Origin: Trichoplax adhaerens
Taxonomy: Eukaryota; Animalia; Placozoa
Length of the DNA: 64,000 nucleotides
Direction of reading: 5' to 3'
NCBI RefSeq assembly: GCF_000150275.1
Contig: NW_002060950.1
Span: forward strand, 420,046-484,045
The notes beneath the pieces are model-generated. The model searched no databases, had not been told where the DNA came from, and saw nothing but the letters and a program-made list of their open reading frames with translations. Every line of letters begins with the position of its first letter. Position 1 is the first letter of the stretch. Shown in pieces: positions 19,401-33,375 of this stretch. The position numbers and the translations under genes are program-made.

Positions 19401-20525
19401 TAAATTCTGCTATACAAATAATGCAAGCCTGGAATTGATTCAATCACGTTCAATTAATTAGTGAACCATATGAGATCTAATTCAATTGACTTACAGAGTC
19501 ATCAGATGTTGATATTGAAGTTACAGCATTTGCTTCGAGATTTTTGCAAGTGCTTACAAAGGAATTGACAACATCCAGCATATCAGGTATAGCAATGTTA
19601 CTACGTTCAGCTTTCTCACTTAAAATAATAAGTTGCGACACCTAGCAAAAATAAAAGAAAATATTTAAGAGCTCAATCCAGTTAGCGTTGTACATTGAAG
19701 AGTAAAGAAAGGAAGGGTAAGACATAGATAGGTAAAAGAAAAATATCCATGAGCTTTACTAGCCAATATCGTAGTGCTCGCTAAGTATAGAGTATTGAGT
19801 AGAAAATTGTTTTACCGTACAGTATTATTAGTAGTCCAGTCTTTAAAGCGATGGATTTACGTTTAGACGATGTAAACAATGGTCAACATCACGATGTTGG
19901 CTAACATTCTATTATTTTGGCATCAGTAAGGTGAATTTCAAATGCCAATTGTATAACAATTATTACGTACCGTTATTAAGAGTTTTTTTAATTTTAATTA
20001 ATTAATCGTGTGTTCGATTGTCTGCAGATAACCTATCTATAATTAACTATACTCGTAAATACGTTGTAACGTCCATCATCGCCCAAGGCGACCAAAGGAG
20101 GCATGTCACACAAACCGTTGTAAAATAGCAGAATGTTTTATCTTATCTTATGACTAAACTCGGATCATATCAACTCTACGGCATCGTTATATCTCAATTA
20201 GAGCAGCACATAAAAGAAAATTTTAGTCAACTTGACTATACTGTATCAATTTGAAACCAACTCCTTTACACATTGACAGTAGTTGAACGTCAATTGGTAA
20301 GCTCAGTTCTTGTTATGAGCGTTCCCTTTTGATCGTAGTTTGAATTTGATTCAATCTTGATCTACCGTAAGTGCTTTCATTTTACTACAAAATCGAACTT
20401 GAAGTCAGAATCATTCAACCCCATTATCTTACCCGAGCTGCAATTGGTGCAACCACTACTTCAATCCACTTCGTTTTAGATATAGACGATAACGTCGCTC
20501 CAACTATCGCGCTGTTCAAAGCCAT
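10414..20525 (-). CDS. Large vinculin/alpha-catenin (VIN) family protein with extra helical-bundle repeats, multi-exon
   Basis: N-terminus MALNS...KTKWIEVVVAPIAAR|VSQLIILSEKAERSNIAIPDM resembles vinculin [25 protein letters not shown]..AIPDL. The middle has an alpha-catenin M-like region (NWMERLTQMVTAVDKIVDVIKFL). The tail VWEEDGNFVIRAAKEMA..SAKNIAE..CTDK..IQTISMQLKMLCTV..LIENSKNL..VTEAACLK matches the vinculin tail. Stop TAA at 10416-10414. The last two exon junctions are less certain. Confidence 0.85.
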
Positions 20526-20609
20526 ATTTGACGCTGTGCTTGTTTTAGGATATTTTTCTTCTCGTAGGCGCTTTGATCAGAGTTTTGCAATTTTGAACGC
20601 CTTTTTACT

Positions 20610-21700
20610 GTCCTGTACTGTATACTATACTGTGTACAATACAGCAGTGTAGTGCCTGTACAGTACGTTACGTTACAGAAATGAGACGATCTTTTCTACT
20701 GGACTGGACTAGGTACTGCTGTGTACAGTACGGTACAGTACATTGTCAACTCACGATTGAGCTATGCACTGTATACTACAGTAGATTGTACAGTACTCCT
20801 GTACAGTACTGTACAAATTTATCCCGTTATTGTAAGTTCGTAACGTAACGGTCAGTCAAATAACCGGGGATTACCATGTCAACTGTGCTGTAAATTGCAG
20901 AATCTGTATTACTAAAATTTCAATTTATTGCTGCAGATACATCATTTTGCATAATATTGTACTGTAAGCAGAAGAAGCCGCCAATAATAGCAGTAATGAT
21001 ATAAAATTACTATTGGAGCAGCAATGATGTCAAGATTTCGTGGATCACATGATCCAAGCTGTTACCATCGCGACGCGTGGTCTGCTCATTTTACCTCAGT
21101 TTATACGCAATTTTGGCATAAGTACAGTACTGTACAGTACTTGACTCTGAGTTATACTGTACTGTACACTGTAAAGCAGTACCGTACGGCTGTACAGTAC
21201 CGCAGAGATACTGTAGTACAGTACGACCAGACCAGACCATAAAGAGACCATCAATGATTATCAAAGACACGAGTTCTGTACTGTACTGTACGGTACGGTA
21301 CTGTACAGTACAGTACACCAGGATTGTTGAAATGTAATGTTTAATACTGTACAACTGTACTGTACACTGAACAGCTTGACCATTTAGTGTACAGTACTGT
21401 ACTGTACTGTACTTTAGTGCACGCATGCATTTCCAGTACGCGCAATGACTTTCCAGTACACGCATGCATTTCCAGTACCTGCAAGACTTTCCAGTACATA
21501 CTGTATATGCGTGACATTTCCTAAAGTACTGTACAGTGTACTGTACAGTACTGTACTGTACAGTATTCAAAGTTTTACAGTGCATCATTTACAGTACAGT
21601 ACTGTAGCCCACCCTATTGTATAGTACTGTACAGTACAGTACAGTACACCGTGATTTACGGGACTGTACACTCAGTGTACTGTACGGTGTAACAGGTGTA
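20610..21700. repeat. TACAG/TACTG/TACGG pentamer arrays upstream of the vinculin-like gene
   Basis: For example ctgtactgtacggtacggtactgtacagtacagtac (~21281-21316) and 21525-21650. Confidence 0.88.
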
Positions 21701-22058
21701 ACAATACAGCTCAGTACAACACTCCTGAGGTTTCGTTTTTGAGCGAGCGCACTTTTCCGATGTTAACCGGAGATGGAATAATATGAAATTTTCGATTTTA
21801 AAGTTTTTAACTGCTATGTATAGTACGAAATTATAGCTCGTATTAATGTATCTTTGGTATGCGGACCAGGTACAACATGCAGTGATAAGAGGATACGGTA
21901 ATAACGATGAGTAGCACAAGAATATTCATAAAGGTTCTACTAGCCACAGATAACCAGTTCCAAAATTTCAATTTCTTATACGATATCTGTAGCTATCCAT
22001 ATATCTAAATGCATATACGCTTAAACTACATTTCAGCGATTAAGCCATTTTCTTCAAG

Positions 22059-22735
22059 TTACCCCTTTATTATTACGGTATAATCATGTAATTAGAATAA
22101 AATAAATCGTTCCTCATCCATATCATACCTTTAGTAACCATCTATTGCTTATAGGGTAATTGTAGCCTTACAAGATTATTAGCTATCTTCTTAATTTTGA
22201 CTCCTTCATTACCGCGTATAATCGGATAATTAGAATAAACAATCTGTTACTCCTTTATTATTACGGTATAATCATGTAATTAGAATAAAATAAATCGTTC
22301 CTCATCCATATCATATCTTTAGTAACTATCTATTGATTGTAGGGTGATTGTAGCCTTACAAGATTATTAGCTATCTTCTTCAATTTTACTCCTTTATAGC
22401 CACGTATAATCGGATAATTAGAATAAACAATCTTCATCCATATCTTATCTTTAGAAATCATTTCTCTTGCATGTAGGTGCGCTGTTGCGCTTACTTATAT
22501 AATCAGATGTATGCCTTGTTGACGAGTGTAGGATATAAGGAAGTTACCACCTAGTAGGATTCTCAGTTTACGAATAAATCTTTGACACTACAATCTTCTT
22601 GTATTTTACTCCTTCATTACTACGGCATAAACAGATAATTAGAATAATATAAACTATCCTCGTCCATATCATATCTTGAGGAATCATCTCTCTTGCACGT
22701 AGGACAATTGTAACCTTATAAGATTATTTATTTAA
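22059..22735. repeat. Local ~188-bp tandem duplication with a further degenerate copy
   Basis: ttacggtataatcatgtaattagaataaaataaatcgttcctcatccatatcat at 22073 and 22261; diverged copy at ~22606-22730. Stops in the reverse frames checked. Confidence 0.85.
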
Positions 22736-25304
22736 GAAAGATAAGTTATTATGGTATGTTTCTGTGACAAGATCCATAACCAATGATATATTTATTCATA
22801 TCGTCTGATCCATTATCTATCAATATTTATATAAATTGTAAAATGAACGCATAAAATGATTGGAATCTATTTACTTGCATGCTAGTATACCAGACACTGT
22901 TCAGAGATTGATATATTATGGAAGTTTAATCCAGGTAACTGTGATTTCAATCATGATATTTCGAAAAGAAATTTATATTTACCGAGGGTAGTGCATATTG
23001 TACTATATCTAAGACCTAATAAATGCCATATCCGCATGTTTATGCACTGTGATTGTTAAACTGTTATGTCCTTTGGTCTACTATAATCCTTATTTTTTTT
23101 GTATATAGTGCATAAAAGTGAGTAACTTATCAATAGTAAACTGTCGATACCCTTTCTAATATATATATAGGTTTGATAAAGGTGTTCATTAATGAAATAA
23201 AATTTATAATTTACATTGCATCGACTCTCTGATAATCTCATAGTAATCATAAATTAAAGATACTAGTCTAACTGCCGATTACCTTGCTAGCGATCTAGAT
23301 AATAATTCTGGTCAGCTATCATACCATTAATGTTTTATTGGCAACCTGATCGACTGCAGATATTATACGTCACTAAATATAATGGATAGATTTCATAGTC
23401 GTCGATAACATGGGCGAGCCGCAAGCGATTTACTGCGTTATTGTTGCATGATGATCAACGTATCCTCGGTCATAAAACTAAAGTATCTATCGCTGCAGTA
23501 TACCTTAAAACTCTAAATGAAAGCAATAATGTTAAATAGAAAAGTCTAAGACGATAGTAAAGGTATAAAGAGTAGCGCTGTCGAGAGCAAAATAAATATA
23601 TGACTGAATCAAGTCCACTTACTTATACAATCATACTTGACCAATCATTTTATTAAAAACGAACAATGACTAAAAGATGATATTAAAATACTTAAAAGAA
23701 AAATGTGTTAGATCTACAAGACTACAACACTCTCTGGTTATTACGTGTTCTTGAATAGTAAGGATAAATCTGTTTCAGGTTATATCGATTTAACCTTGAG
23801 GAATGAATTCCTATACTGCATAAATGAATGAAAAAAGTAAAATTCGATAAGATTCAATGTCTATCATGCTATTTTGCATAATGTAGTAAGTATCATTCCA
23901 TTTTAATCGTAAATTCATACATCCCAGGCTGTGCAAATTCATCTCTTCTAGATTCGATAGCTCGTAATGCCAATCATGTTATGCCCAAAAATAAGACTGT
24001 AAATGCTGCACAATATGCATTGTACATGTGGCATATGTGAAGGTGTAACGACGGAAAGTAAGAGCAATGACTCATCATGTTATCATCGTCATTTACGCAT
24101 AAGTTCGTCACCGTGACACTATATCAGTATTTTATATTATTAGAAACAGCAGGCAGCTCTTGCTGCTATTACTACAGCATTCCTTACTATTACAAGGAAT
24201 AGCGAATTAACAAACATTATATTAATACACAGGAGGAGTAACATTCCAAATAAGTAATTTAATATTTTAGAGTTTGTTAGTTACAGAACAGTGCAGTACA
24301 GCAGGCGGTCACTATAACTTTACATGGAGCCACATACCGAGGAATCTTTGGATCATTGTATTTTTACTGTCTTTCATCACATAAGCAGTACCGGCTGTAA
24401 TTTGCAAATTTCAATTCATATCTGGCTATACATTCAATCAATTCTGATCGAAATATCGTTTTAAAATTCGATGCAATACTGTTTACTATCGAGAAATAAG
24501 TGCTATTGCCAATAGGTTAGAACGTCAGCTTACATTCTATATACGTATATACTACTGTTTATGACACAGTGATGTACACTGCGCAATTCGGCGATTTTTG
24601 CCATCTTACGAGGTCATAAATTAGAAACTGGTAAACGTAAATTTGTGCGATAAAAGCTTCCCTAAATCACCCAGCAGTCAGTACTTCTGACACGTGTATA
24701 CAGTACTGCAGGTAAACAGCGAAGAAGTATGCTTTATCGTTTTAGACCGGTGACTTTTTATTAGGTAAAGTAAAAGTTAAGTTAATCAGGGCAATAATGT
24801 ACTTGAGATTTTGTGAAGCAATTACATACAAGTACGTATGTTGTTGATTGACAGAAAACAAGTATCATAGTAATATTATAAGTAGAAGACAGCCCTTGTC
24901 CTAATTTTATAAATTCGTTCCATTTGATTTTATCATCGGATGGATTTCGAAATTTTACAGCTGTTGTTGTTTTACACTTTAATTGCCAAAGTAGTGGAAA
25001 GTCTCTTCAAATTCGCTAGTCTCATCTGATTTTGTTGTCAGCAGCGACGACCGCTAGCCACGCAATCAAACACCTTGCGAGCTTGGGCTTGGTCGCTTAC
25101 AATACTGTAAATTACAATCAGTTACAAAAATAGCACAATCAGCTACAAATATAGCACAATCAGTAGACAGATTGACGGTCAAGGTTATTACCGTTATTAA
25201 TAATAATAATATTGAATTGTACTCTGTACAGTAGCAATGTGAATGCATCATGCATGCTTCACGCATTTGGTTCATGTTTGGGAAATGTCATGGTCATGGT
25301 CATT

Positions 25305-25460
25305 TACTGTGTACTGTAGTACGTACCGTAGCTCTGCAATACATAGTACTGTACTGTACTGTATACTGTACATATAGTGGTATAGTGGATCAGTGGCAGT
25401 ACAGTACAGTAAGTAGCACATGCCTTCAAAGATTTCCAGACCTGTACAGTACTATATACT
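25305..25460. repeat. TACAG/TACTG pentamer array not adjacent to an identified start codon
   Basis: tagtactgtactgtactgtatactgtaca, cagtacagtacagta. Confidence 0.75.
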
Positions 25461-27187
25461 GTAGTCTTGCATGGCGAGGATAATTATGATGACTGTCGAA
25501 TTACTGTTAAGCCTTAGGCTTAAAAACAAGGCAAGTAATCAAATCAGCATCAACATTTCACACTCATACAGGAGTAAAGGAACCCAAGTATAACGTGGCG
25601 TAGTCCACCAATCATCCAGATATAAAAATCAGTACGCACGTACGCAAAAAATTGTTTTTCTCACTGTTAGTGCAAAAATTACAGTTTATTATTCTCTTTT
25701 TCATTATTTTGTTTTATGCCGCAGGACTAAGAGTTACTGGTTGGTCTCGAGTGGCCAATCAAAACGGCATTCAGACTGTCTTTCTGCTAGTTTCAGTATG
25801 TGTAGTATAAATTATCGCATGCCGCAACGGAGGATAATAATAACTAGATTCGTAAAAATTAAACATTCAGTATTATTGTACTTGTAGGATTGCGAAGATT
25901 TTAAACAATAGGAGGCGATCGCAATCATAGCTTTCATTAATATTAATGCCGAATTACGGGAAAGTCTGGTATGAATAGAGACAAACATCAGTTACGGGAA
26001 TTTTCTATTTAGAGGCGTGTCAAGGGAACATAACTACTGTAATAATAAGTATCATTATTTCGTGGTACAGTTTTAAACAATATTACATAAAGCGCCTTCA
26101 ATAGAGACTAGTTAATAAACAGTTGTATATTGGATATACTACGGAACTTTACAATTGAGCTATTGTTATGAGCCAGTAGTGTGCATTGAGCGCCGTTATT
26201 TATGCAATACTGACTTTCTAAATAAGACTTAGTCATACAGTAATACGGAAAACAATATCCTTTCGAAGTAATATTGAGTAGAATAGAACGGCAACATACA
26301 GTAAGTACTCTTTCAGACCAGTTATGATATTGACTTGAGTGACACAAAAACAAAATAATAATCATGGTCTAAACTCGATGGTACCGTTGCTATGAAATTC
26401 AAACAGTGATTATATTCACTTTTGAAGAATAAAATCAAAATCATTGCAGTAACAATACTAGATTAATACCATTGCAACTCGTGCGACAGTAACTGATGTA
26501 AAATTTTAATACGACTTATTCAGTAATCAGGTAAAATTCACTTGTCTATTAACGTGACTACAAAGTTTGCTAACTATCATTATAATAAGAAAAAAGGCAC
26601 GATTGTCGACTAATATTCTAAGGAGGATTCGGTACATAGCATTCTTATAACGTAATTTTCACAAAAAAATTGTAATTACATTGTATTTTATTGCTCTGAC
26701 CCACCATAGAGCAATTTCCAATAACTGCCGCCCTCATCTATAAGCGCATTAACGTAAGTGTATTCAAAGTAAATAGTACAATAAACGAATGTGTACTTTC
26801 CAGCAATTGTCTCGCTTTGTTTTTTTGCCTGCCATTATACATTACTTAGAGACTGTCCTATACGGAAAGAATACATGTTGACAAAAGATTGGCAATTCCT
26901 CGACACTATCATATTATCTTTACCCGCCCAGGAACTCGATTTACCTTATATCACCTGTACATTTTAGCTATAACAGACAAAGATAGGTCAAAAAGTAACA
27001 ATACAGCACTTGTAATAAAGCTGTTAGCACCCATAACTACAGCACCAAACTTGCAGCTCTTAGCTAGTTTCCTACCGTTCTCTCACTCTTTACCGCAACT
27101 TTTTAACCTTGAATAATATCAGTAGATCCCATCGACATATATCTTCGAAAGTGAAATTTGGTAATTAAAATTCTCTAAAATATCGAA

Positions 27188-27679
27188 ATGTGTAAGCGTA
27201 GACGAAGTTCGTACACGATCGAATTCAAGATAAGTGTTGTCGAGGCTCTTCGAGAGTCTAAAAAACAGAATGTTTCCAAAACTGCAATCAAATTTGGCGT
27301 TGATCGTAAGCGTGTGCGCGAATGGAATAATGCCTATCAAAAATTTAAGTCTATTAAACAAAACTTACAAAAAACTCGAAAGAAGGTTGAATTCGTGCGA
27401 CAGGTGAAGTCTAGAGAAATCGAGAATGGTGTACTGATGTACCTAAAATCGCAGCTAGCGACATGCAGGAAAGTTAAAAATAAAGATTTGCAGCAAAAGG
27501 CTCTAGAAATTGCGAATTATCATGGTTTGACAAGTTTTAAAGCGTCTAATATGTGGCTTTATAGATGGAAGAAGAGGAATCAAGTAATAAGTCGACGTTT
27601 CACGCTAGGCTCAACTGGATCGTGTTCTGAAGAAGAGGACGATGAAGATTTAATCATCGACGTAGAGAATGACGATTAG
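27188..27679 (+). CDS. Intronless Brinker-type DNA-binding domain + CENP-B/Tc5-type HTH protein with acidic tail; no DDE domain
   Basis: 163-aa ORF. RRSSYTIEFKISVVE..NVSKTAIKFGVDRKRVREW is BrkDBD/psq-like. EIENGVLMYL..LQQKALEIA..FKASNMWLYRWKKRN is a CENP-B-type HTH (FxASxGWLxxFKxR-like). Ends EEEDDEDLIIDVENDD*. Confidence 0.85.
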   Translation: MCKRRRSSYTIEFKISVVEALRESKKQNVSKTAIKFGVDRKRVREWNNAYQKFKSIKQNLQKTRKKVEFVRQVKSREIENGVLMYLKSQLATCRKVKNKDLQQKALEIANYHGLTSFKASNMWLYRWKKRNQVISRRFTLGSTGSCSEEEDDEDLIIDVENDD

Positions 27680-30600
27680 TCAATATAATCATTACATGAT
27701 GCATAATCTTACGCTGTCCTAAAGTCATTTATACCTCAATATTAATAGCAGAAAGATATCAATTAGGAATGAACTCATATCTCACGAGTAGATAAGCAGC
27801 GCTTATACTACTTGGCATGTCCTAAAGGGTAAAGAATTTAATATACAGTACGTTAAGTTATGTAACATAAGCTGGATGTATAAGTAACTGGAAATTGCAC
27901 TGCTAAAGAAGGATCTGCTACGATTTTGACCTATCTAACATTTGATGTAACTAATGTGATATATACAGTAGCTATCTATACTGATGTGTCGAACCCAATT
28001 TGAATATACAACTCTTAATTCGTGCAAAATTTGATAACGAAACACATACAAGCGCCATAGGTAAATAATATTTTAACATATTATGCTAATTGATTAATCA
28101 TATTAGATACCTACTACTACGCTCGCTGTAAAACGGCACTACCGCTAGTATCGTTTATCATGTGACTTCCAGTTCCAATGTGTATGTAGCTCCTAACATA
28201 AAATTTGTAAGTTGTTTAGTGCACCTAATCAACTTTTTAGGACACACTTGGATTGTAACATTTTACAGGATAGATTTTCCATCTCGTACATTAATGTCTA
28301 TAACATCTGGTCAACATTAATTTTGATGATAATGCTGACTTAAATGAATTTCATACAAATGTACTAATTTACGTACCTTTAGGAATACTGTAACATGAAA
28401 TGTTGCAATTACAATTTTATCACTTACTTCACTACAATAACCCTGTATTTAAATAGCATCGACTTTCTGTGACTTTGCAAGATCGTCTATAACTAGCTAT
28501 CTTAGCATATTCCATGATAAATTACCTTATCATCCCTTCTTATTATCATTCTTTTAGCGTTACAATGGCAAAATGCATATAACTACATCTACTCTAAAAC
28601 TATACAAGAAGTACTGTAATATATATATATAAATATATGTATACTGCTATGTAAGTCGTTAATACTTGCGAAAATAAAGTGTAATACTGGTAGCAACTAT
28701 GAAAATCTTTTTTTCCCCTGTTATATTAATTATTCCCAGAATATTGGCCAACATAAAATTCCTACAGCCATACTATTGAAAGAAAATTTCTTTGACACTT
28801 GCTAAATTATGATCGCTAAGAATCACTGAGAATACAAAATGAACTATAATTATCGCCAGCTTACGTTTCAACTTTTACACAGTATCATAGAAAACGTCCA
28901 CAGTAATTGATTTTAGTACATTACAGAAAAATATAATAATAACGCTTCATGTTTCTCGTAACTACGTACCTTGAGTGCATATCTAGTCAAGTTCATAGTA
29001 CTTCACTTTAAGTATTCTAAAAACTTAACTTGAAAGTATTACCGATAATAACTATACGGCACAAAAAATTATTACTGCCCTTATTCTGGACAAGGATTTC
29101 CGATGAGAAAATACGCTTAACTATCAAGTTTATTAATAGATAGTAATTTATCCAAAAGTTTTTTATTTAAAAATCTTGGATTACCTTTTCGGTTAAGGGA
29201 CTCAAGTAGTCTACAATTATCAAAAGTTAATTTCTATACAGAAATTGTCAAAGAAATAGCTTTATTGCTCTAATATTTAGAATATATCTACATTTTTATA
29301 GCATTTGATTTAAAGAGTTTAAATCTTATCTAAATAGGGAAGTATATATTTATAATCTGTATGCTTCTACGCACAGAATAGAATCCATATATTATTATCA
29401 TAAAGACGCATTTAGTATCATCGGCAAATACTGTTTTAATTTTTGTTAGATACTAGTACACTAACATTTTATATGTACGCGTAATATCAATACTACTTTG
29501 TATTTTGTTTAGACTAGCAGTAAGTTTTAAAAGTTGATTTCTCTAACATTCCATACCTAAGATGATATTAATAGTACTATTTTTTATTCGATCAACAGCT
29601 ATCTTGCGCTACCAAAATTAGTTATTAACGCATTTTTACTATCTGCTTTAATAATGAAAATGACACCTTAGTAAATGCATAAGTGGTAGCGTATTTAAAT
29701 CTAGTTTATGAGCGCATCATTTAACCATTAAAACTGAAGTAATTATCGCACCTATTTTTACCAGGTGTAAAGTGGACGCTTTTCCTCTAACAGGATCAGG
29801 TATAAAAGTTTACAATATTCTCCGAAATAACAAGATGAGTTTTAATGATGCCATTTCTAATGTTATTCAGTTTCAAAATTCAGATTGTTTGAAATTTTTA
29901 AAATTATAGTATCAGCGTATTTCATTAGATATTATTATCAAAACTGAATACTGGAATCGCTCTTTAGAGGGAAGATAGTTATTTTAACTTTAAAACTTAA
30001 TAATGTTAAACTGGTTAAGTATATATTAAGCCACGCGTATATAGAATAGATATTTCTTCCAAAACGATAAATTGTAGCTATGAACGCATATATAAAGTAA
30101 TTTATCATTCTAAATTGTCTATATTTTCTTGCCACACAGCTTTGCATGCAAAGATTTCTAGAAATTGCGGCTTTGTGAAATAGCAATTGAGAAGTGCTCT
30201 TGGGAAACATAGTCATTAACGACCAAGAAGAAAGATTTAACAGTGACAACGAACGCTGAAGGTGCGATAAACATTACGGCAATTTTAATGTTCGTAACAA
30301 TGACGGCTTTCATACGGTACTGCACTGTAGTTCTGCAAGCCTACAAGCTCGGATGTCGATACAATGCCAACTGAGCACGAACAACAGTATACCAGTTACC
30401 AACTACGAAATCCTAGGTAAATCACTTATTATCAATATAAAGAATATCATACATGTTTTTATTCGTTCATTTAATAAAGTACTGCACTGCACCGTACTGT
30501 ACTACTGTACACAGACATATTGGATTAAACTGAATTTTTTGAAAGAGACTTCGCTACCGCATTATGAGTTCAGTACACTACTACTACAGACAATAATTTA

Positions 30601-33337
30601 CAGATGGTTATTATCTTATGAAAAGGAAAAATGTTAAAAATAAAGTTCTATCTATCTTTGGACTTGAAATTTCTTAGTAGCTTCTTGTTGTGCTAGCCAA
30701 CGATTGCATATGATGATTGCTAATTTTTATTTGTTTTAAGTAATTTATGGGACTGTCATATCAACAAAAATGAATAAACAGCTAAGATTTAACCTCAGCA
30801 TATGAAGCTATGTTTACTTGTTTACAAATCTTCAGTTCATATTTCAAATAGCTATCCCTTTTTATAGCGATTATAATAATCTCTAGTAAATATTATTGGC
30901 AGATTTCAAGGGATATATTGACACAAACCGTTTCTATGATCAAATTTTATTTGAATATTTTTTCAACCTTGCCCCTTTCTAATAATTATACTTATACTTT
31001 GACCTTTCACTCTGTTTCATAGCATACGCATACTGACAAAGCTGGGGCTATATAATGTGTTACTAAAGTATTCATTGCTGCGCAAGTGTCACATCTTTAT
31101 CTAAACATTCAAGTCTCATAACGAAATACTTTTATAAACTAAGATGGATCACAAATATCTCTACAACGAAAAAAAACTACTAACTACGTATCTGTCAGTA
31201 TACATCTTCACTATAATGTATAACAACGCTAAAGAATGCTAAGTATATTTAGGCTCAAATCAACATTTCTCTGCATCAAATAAGCCTGTTGCGATATACT
31301 GTGGAAATGAGAATCTATCTAAATTTATTTCTGTCATTTATATAAAGTAGGGATAATGCCAAAATTACGATCGAGCTACTGCTAATAATGTGAAACCGTA
31401 CGTCTGCTTTAATGCGCTGGATGAATTCTCTCTTGATAACTATGCAATGACAATTTGAGATCCTTTTTAACTATACAGACAAATTTGATAATTATTCGAT
31501 GATCTTTACAGCACATACCAACTTAATTTTAGGCACATTTTAAAAGATGCTTGCTATGCAATCGAAACTTTATTTTTTAACTAATCTGTTTAGTGATACA
31601 TTATACAACTATTTATTTTTTTTAGATATGATAAAAAGCACTCTTGCAGTATTAGTGAAGGAGTCTGGTTTTAAAATGAGTGATACTGCAGTACGTATGG
31701 CACGTTTAGCCAATATACGTGCCTAGCATACAGCAACGCCACGTAATATCATCAGTTTATTGTTGACTATTTGCATAACGTAATGAGGAACTCCTACAAT
31801 TATATAATATGATAACATGTTTTCCAGACTATAACATTTGCATAGTTTGCTCCCTTTGCATAACAATTTAATTAAATTTTTTATGCATAATTTTACATAC
31901 AATTACTGTAAAAGCACCCAGTTCCGATAATAAGCTCAAGTTCATAGCAATGTCACATATTGACATCTGATTCATATTATTCTCATTCTCAGGTAATGCA
32001 ACATAGATCAAGTCTCATACGAGCATATGAGTATGTGTATATCGTATAAGAAGTGATTCTGTTGCAGGAGTCAATGTCATGATGGAAAATTTGACGAATA
32101 TAAATTCAAACTGTTTGATCTTTCTACATCATGCACGCCATCTCAATTATGCCCGTTCTATAATTTCAAGAAGTAGTGGAATACATAGGACACTAAGAAA
32201 ACTTGCAATCTACTCGAAGCAGCAGGATTTAATTCTGCCATTACATATTTTCTTCGTAACTCTAAATATATATCACAGTTATTTTTGCTAATATTAATTA
32301 ATTATAATACTTTTCAGTTTATTGATACACGCGTATATAATCAAGTTAGGGCTTGATAATCTCGCTATTTTATTAGTCATAATTTTGAACATATGATCAT
32401 TAAAGATAGGAAATGATGGATATAGTAGTCATATACCCGAATCTGTCTAGATACTCGTATTTTAAGATAGCAACAATTTGAAATGAATTGAGTCGTTTTA
32501 AGATCACGCCTCACCGCTTTGCCTTCTTATGCTCTACAGAACATTTTATCACAACAGTATCGCACAGTTGCTACTATGCTACACTACACTCAGATAACAG
32601 GCTATTTGCTGTATAGAGACATCTGAGCGGATTTAGAAAGTAGAAAATAGTGCTTATATGATAAGTAAGTAATAAGTAAAGTACTGCTGCAAGTTAATAT
32701 GCGAGCCATTAATAAGAATAATAATTTAATGATAATTAATAAAATTAATAAAATGATATAGCGATATACTGTACCAAGAACTTGTGTGTTTCAGTGACAA
32801 GATAAGGCCTTCATGTAGTGTATATCATGCACATAAGTCAATACAGTCACCGTTTTGATGTTATGACGAAGCAAGCTGCTAAGCCTATCAAAGGCGTAAT
32901 AATAACATGATGATAACGATACCGCTGCAAAGTATGATGCTAAATTAAACCATACCTTCGCAGACATCAGACATACTGTCATCCTGTACTTTTTTATTGA
33001 CAGTTAAGCGTAATACCTGTGCGGTACCTTGCATATGCGTATTCATTAAGATCACGGAAGTTAACCTTAAATAGGATACTGCTCTGATCCGTTAGCAATC
33101 AGTATGGTTGATTGAAAGATTAAGAAATTTAAGCAATCTGTGAATGAACAATATAATTAATTATTATGCAATAAGCTGTGAGATGCTACAAAGTAGATTA
33201 TTTAGGTTGGTACCAACCATCATATCGCTATCCAATGATATCCAATCAAAGTACAGTATCATGAGTCATGAGCACTACCACTACGCATTTTCTTTTTTTT
33301 TATTTATCACGCAATATTATTATAATTGATAATAATT

Positions 33338-33340
<3 letters not shown>

Positions 33341-33372
<32 letters not shown>
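33341..33372. repeat. (AT)n microsatellite
   Basis: About 16 uninterrupted AT units. Confidence 0.95.

Positions 33373-33375
<3 letters not shown>

Noticed and set aside
21024-21919. ORFs rich in YSTVQ/VLYCT (also at 7233-7720, 25250-25483, 35029-35803, 62974-63235)
   Set aside because: They are translations of the stop-poor pentamer arrays, not proteins.
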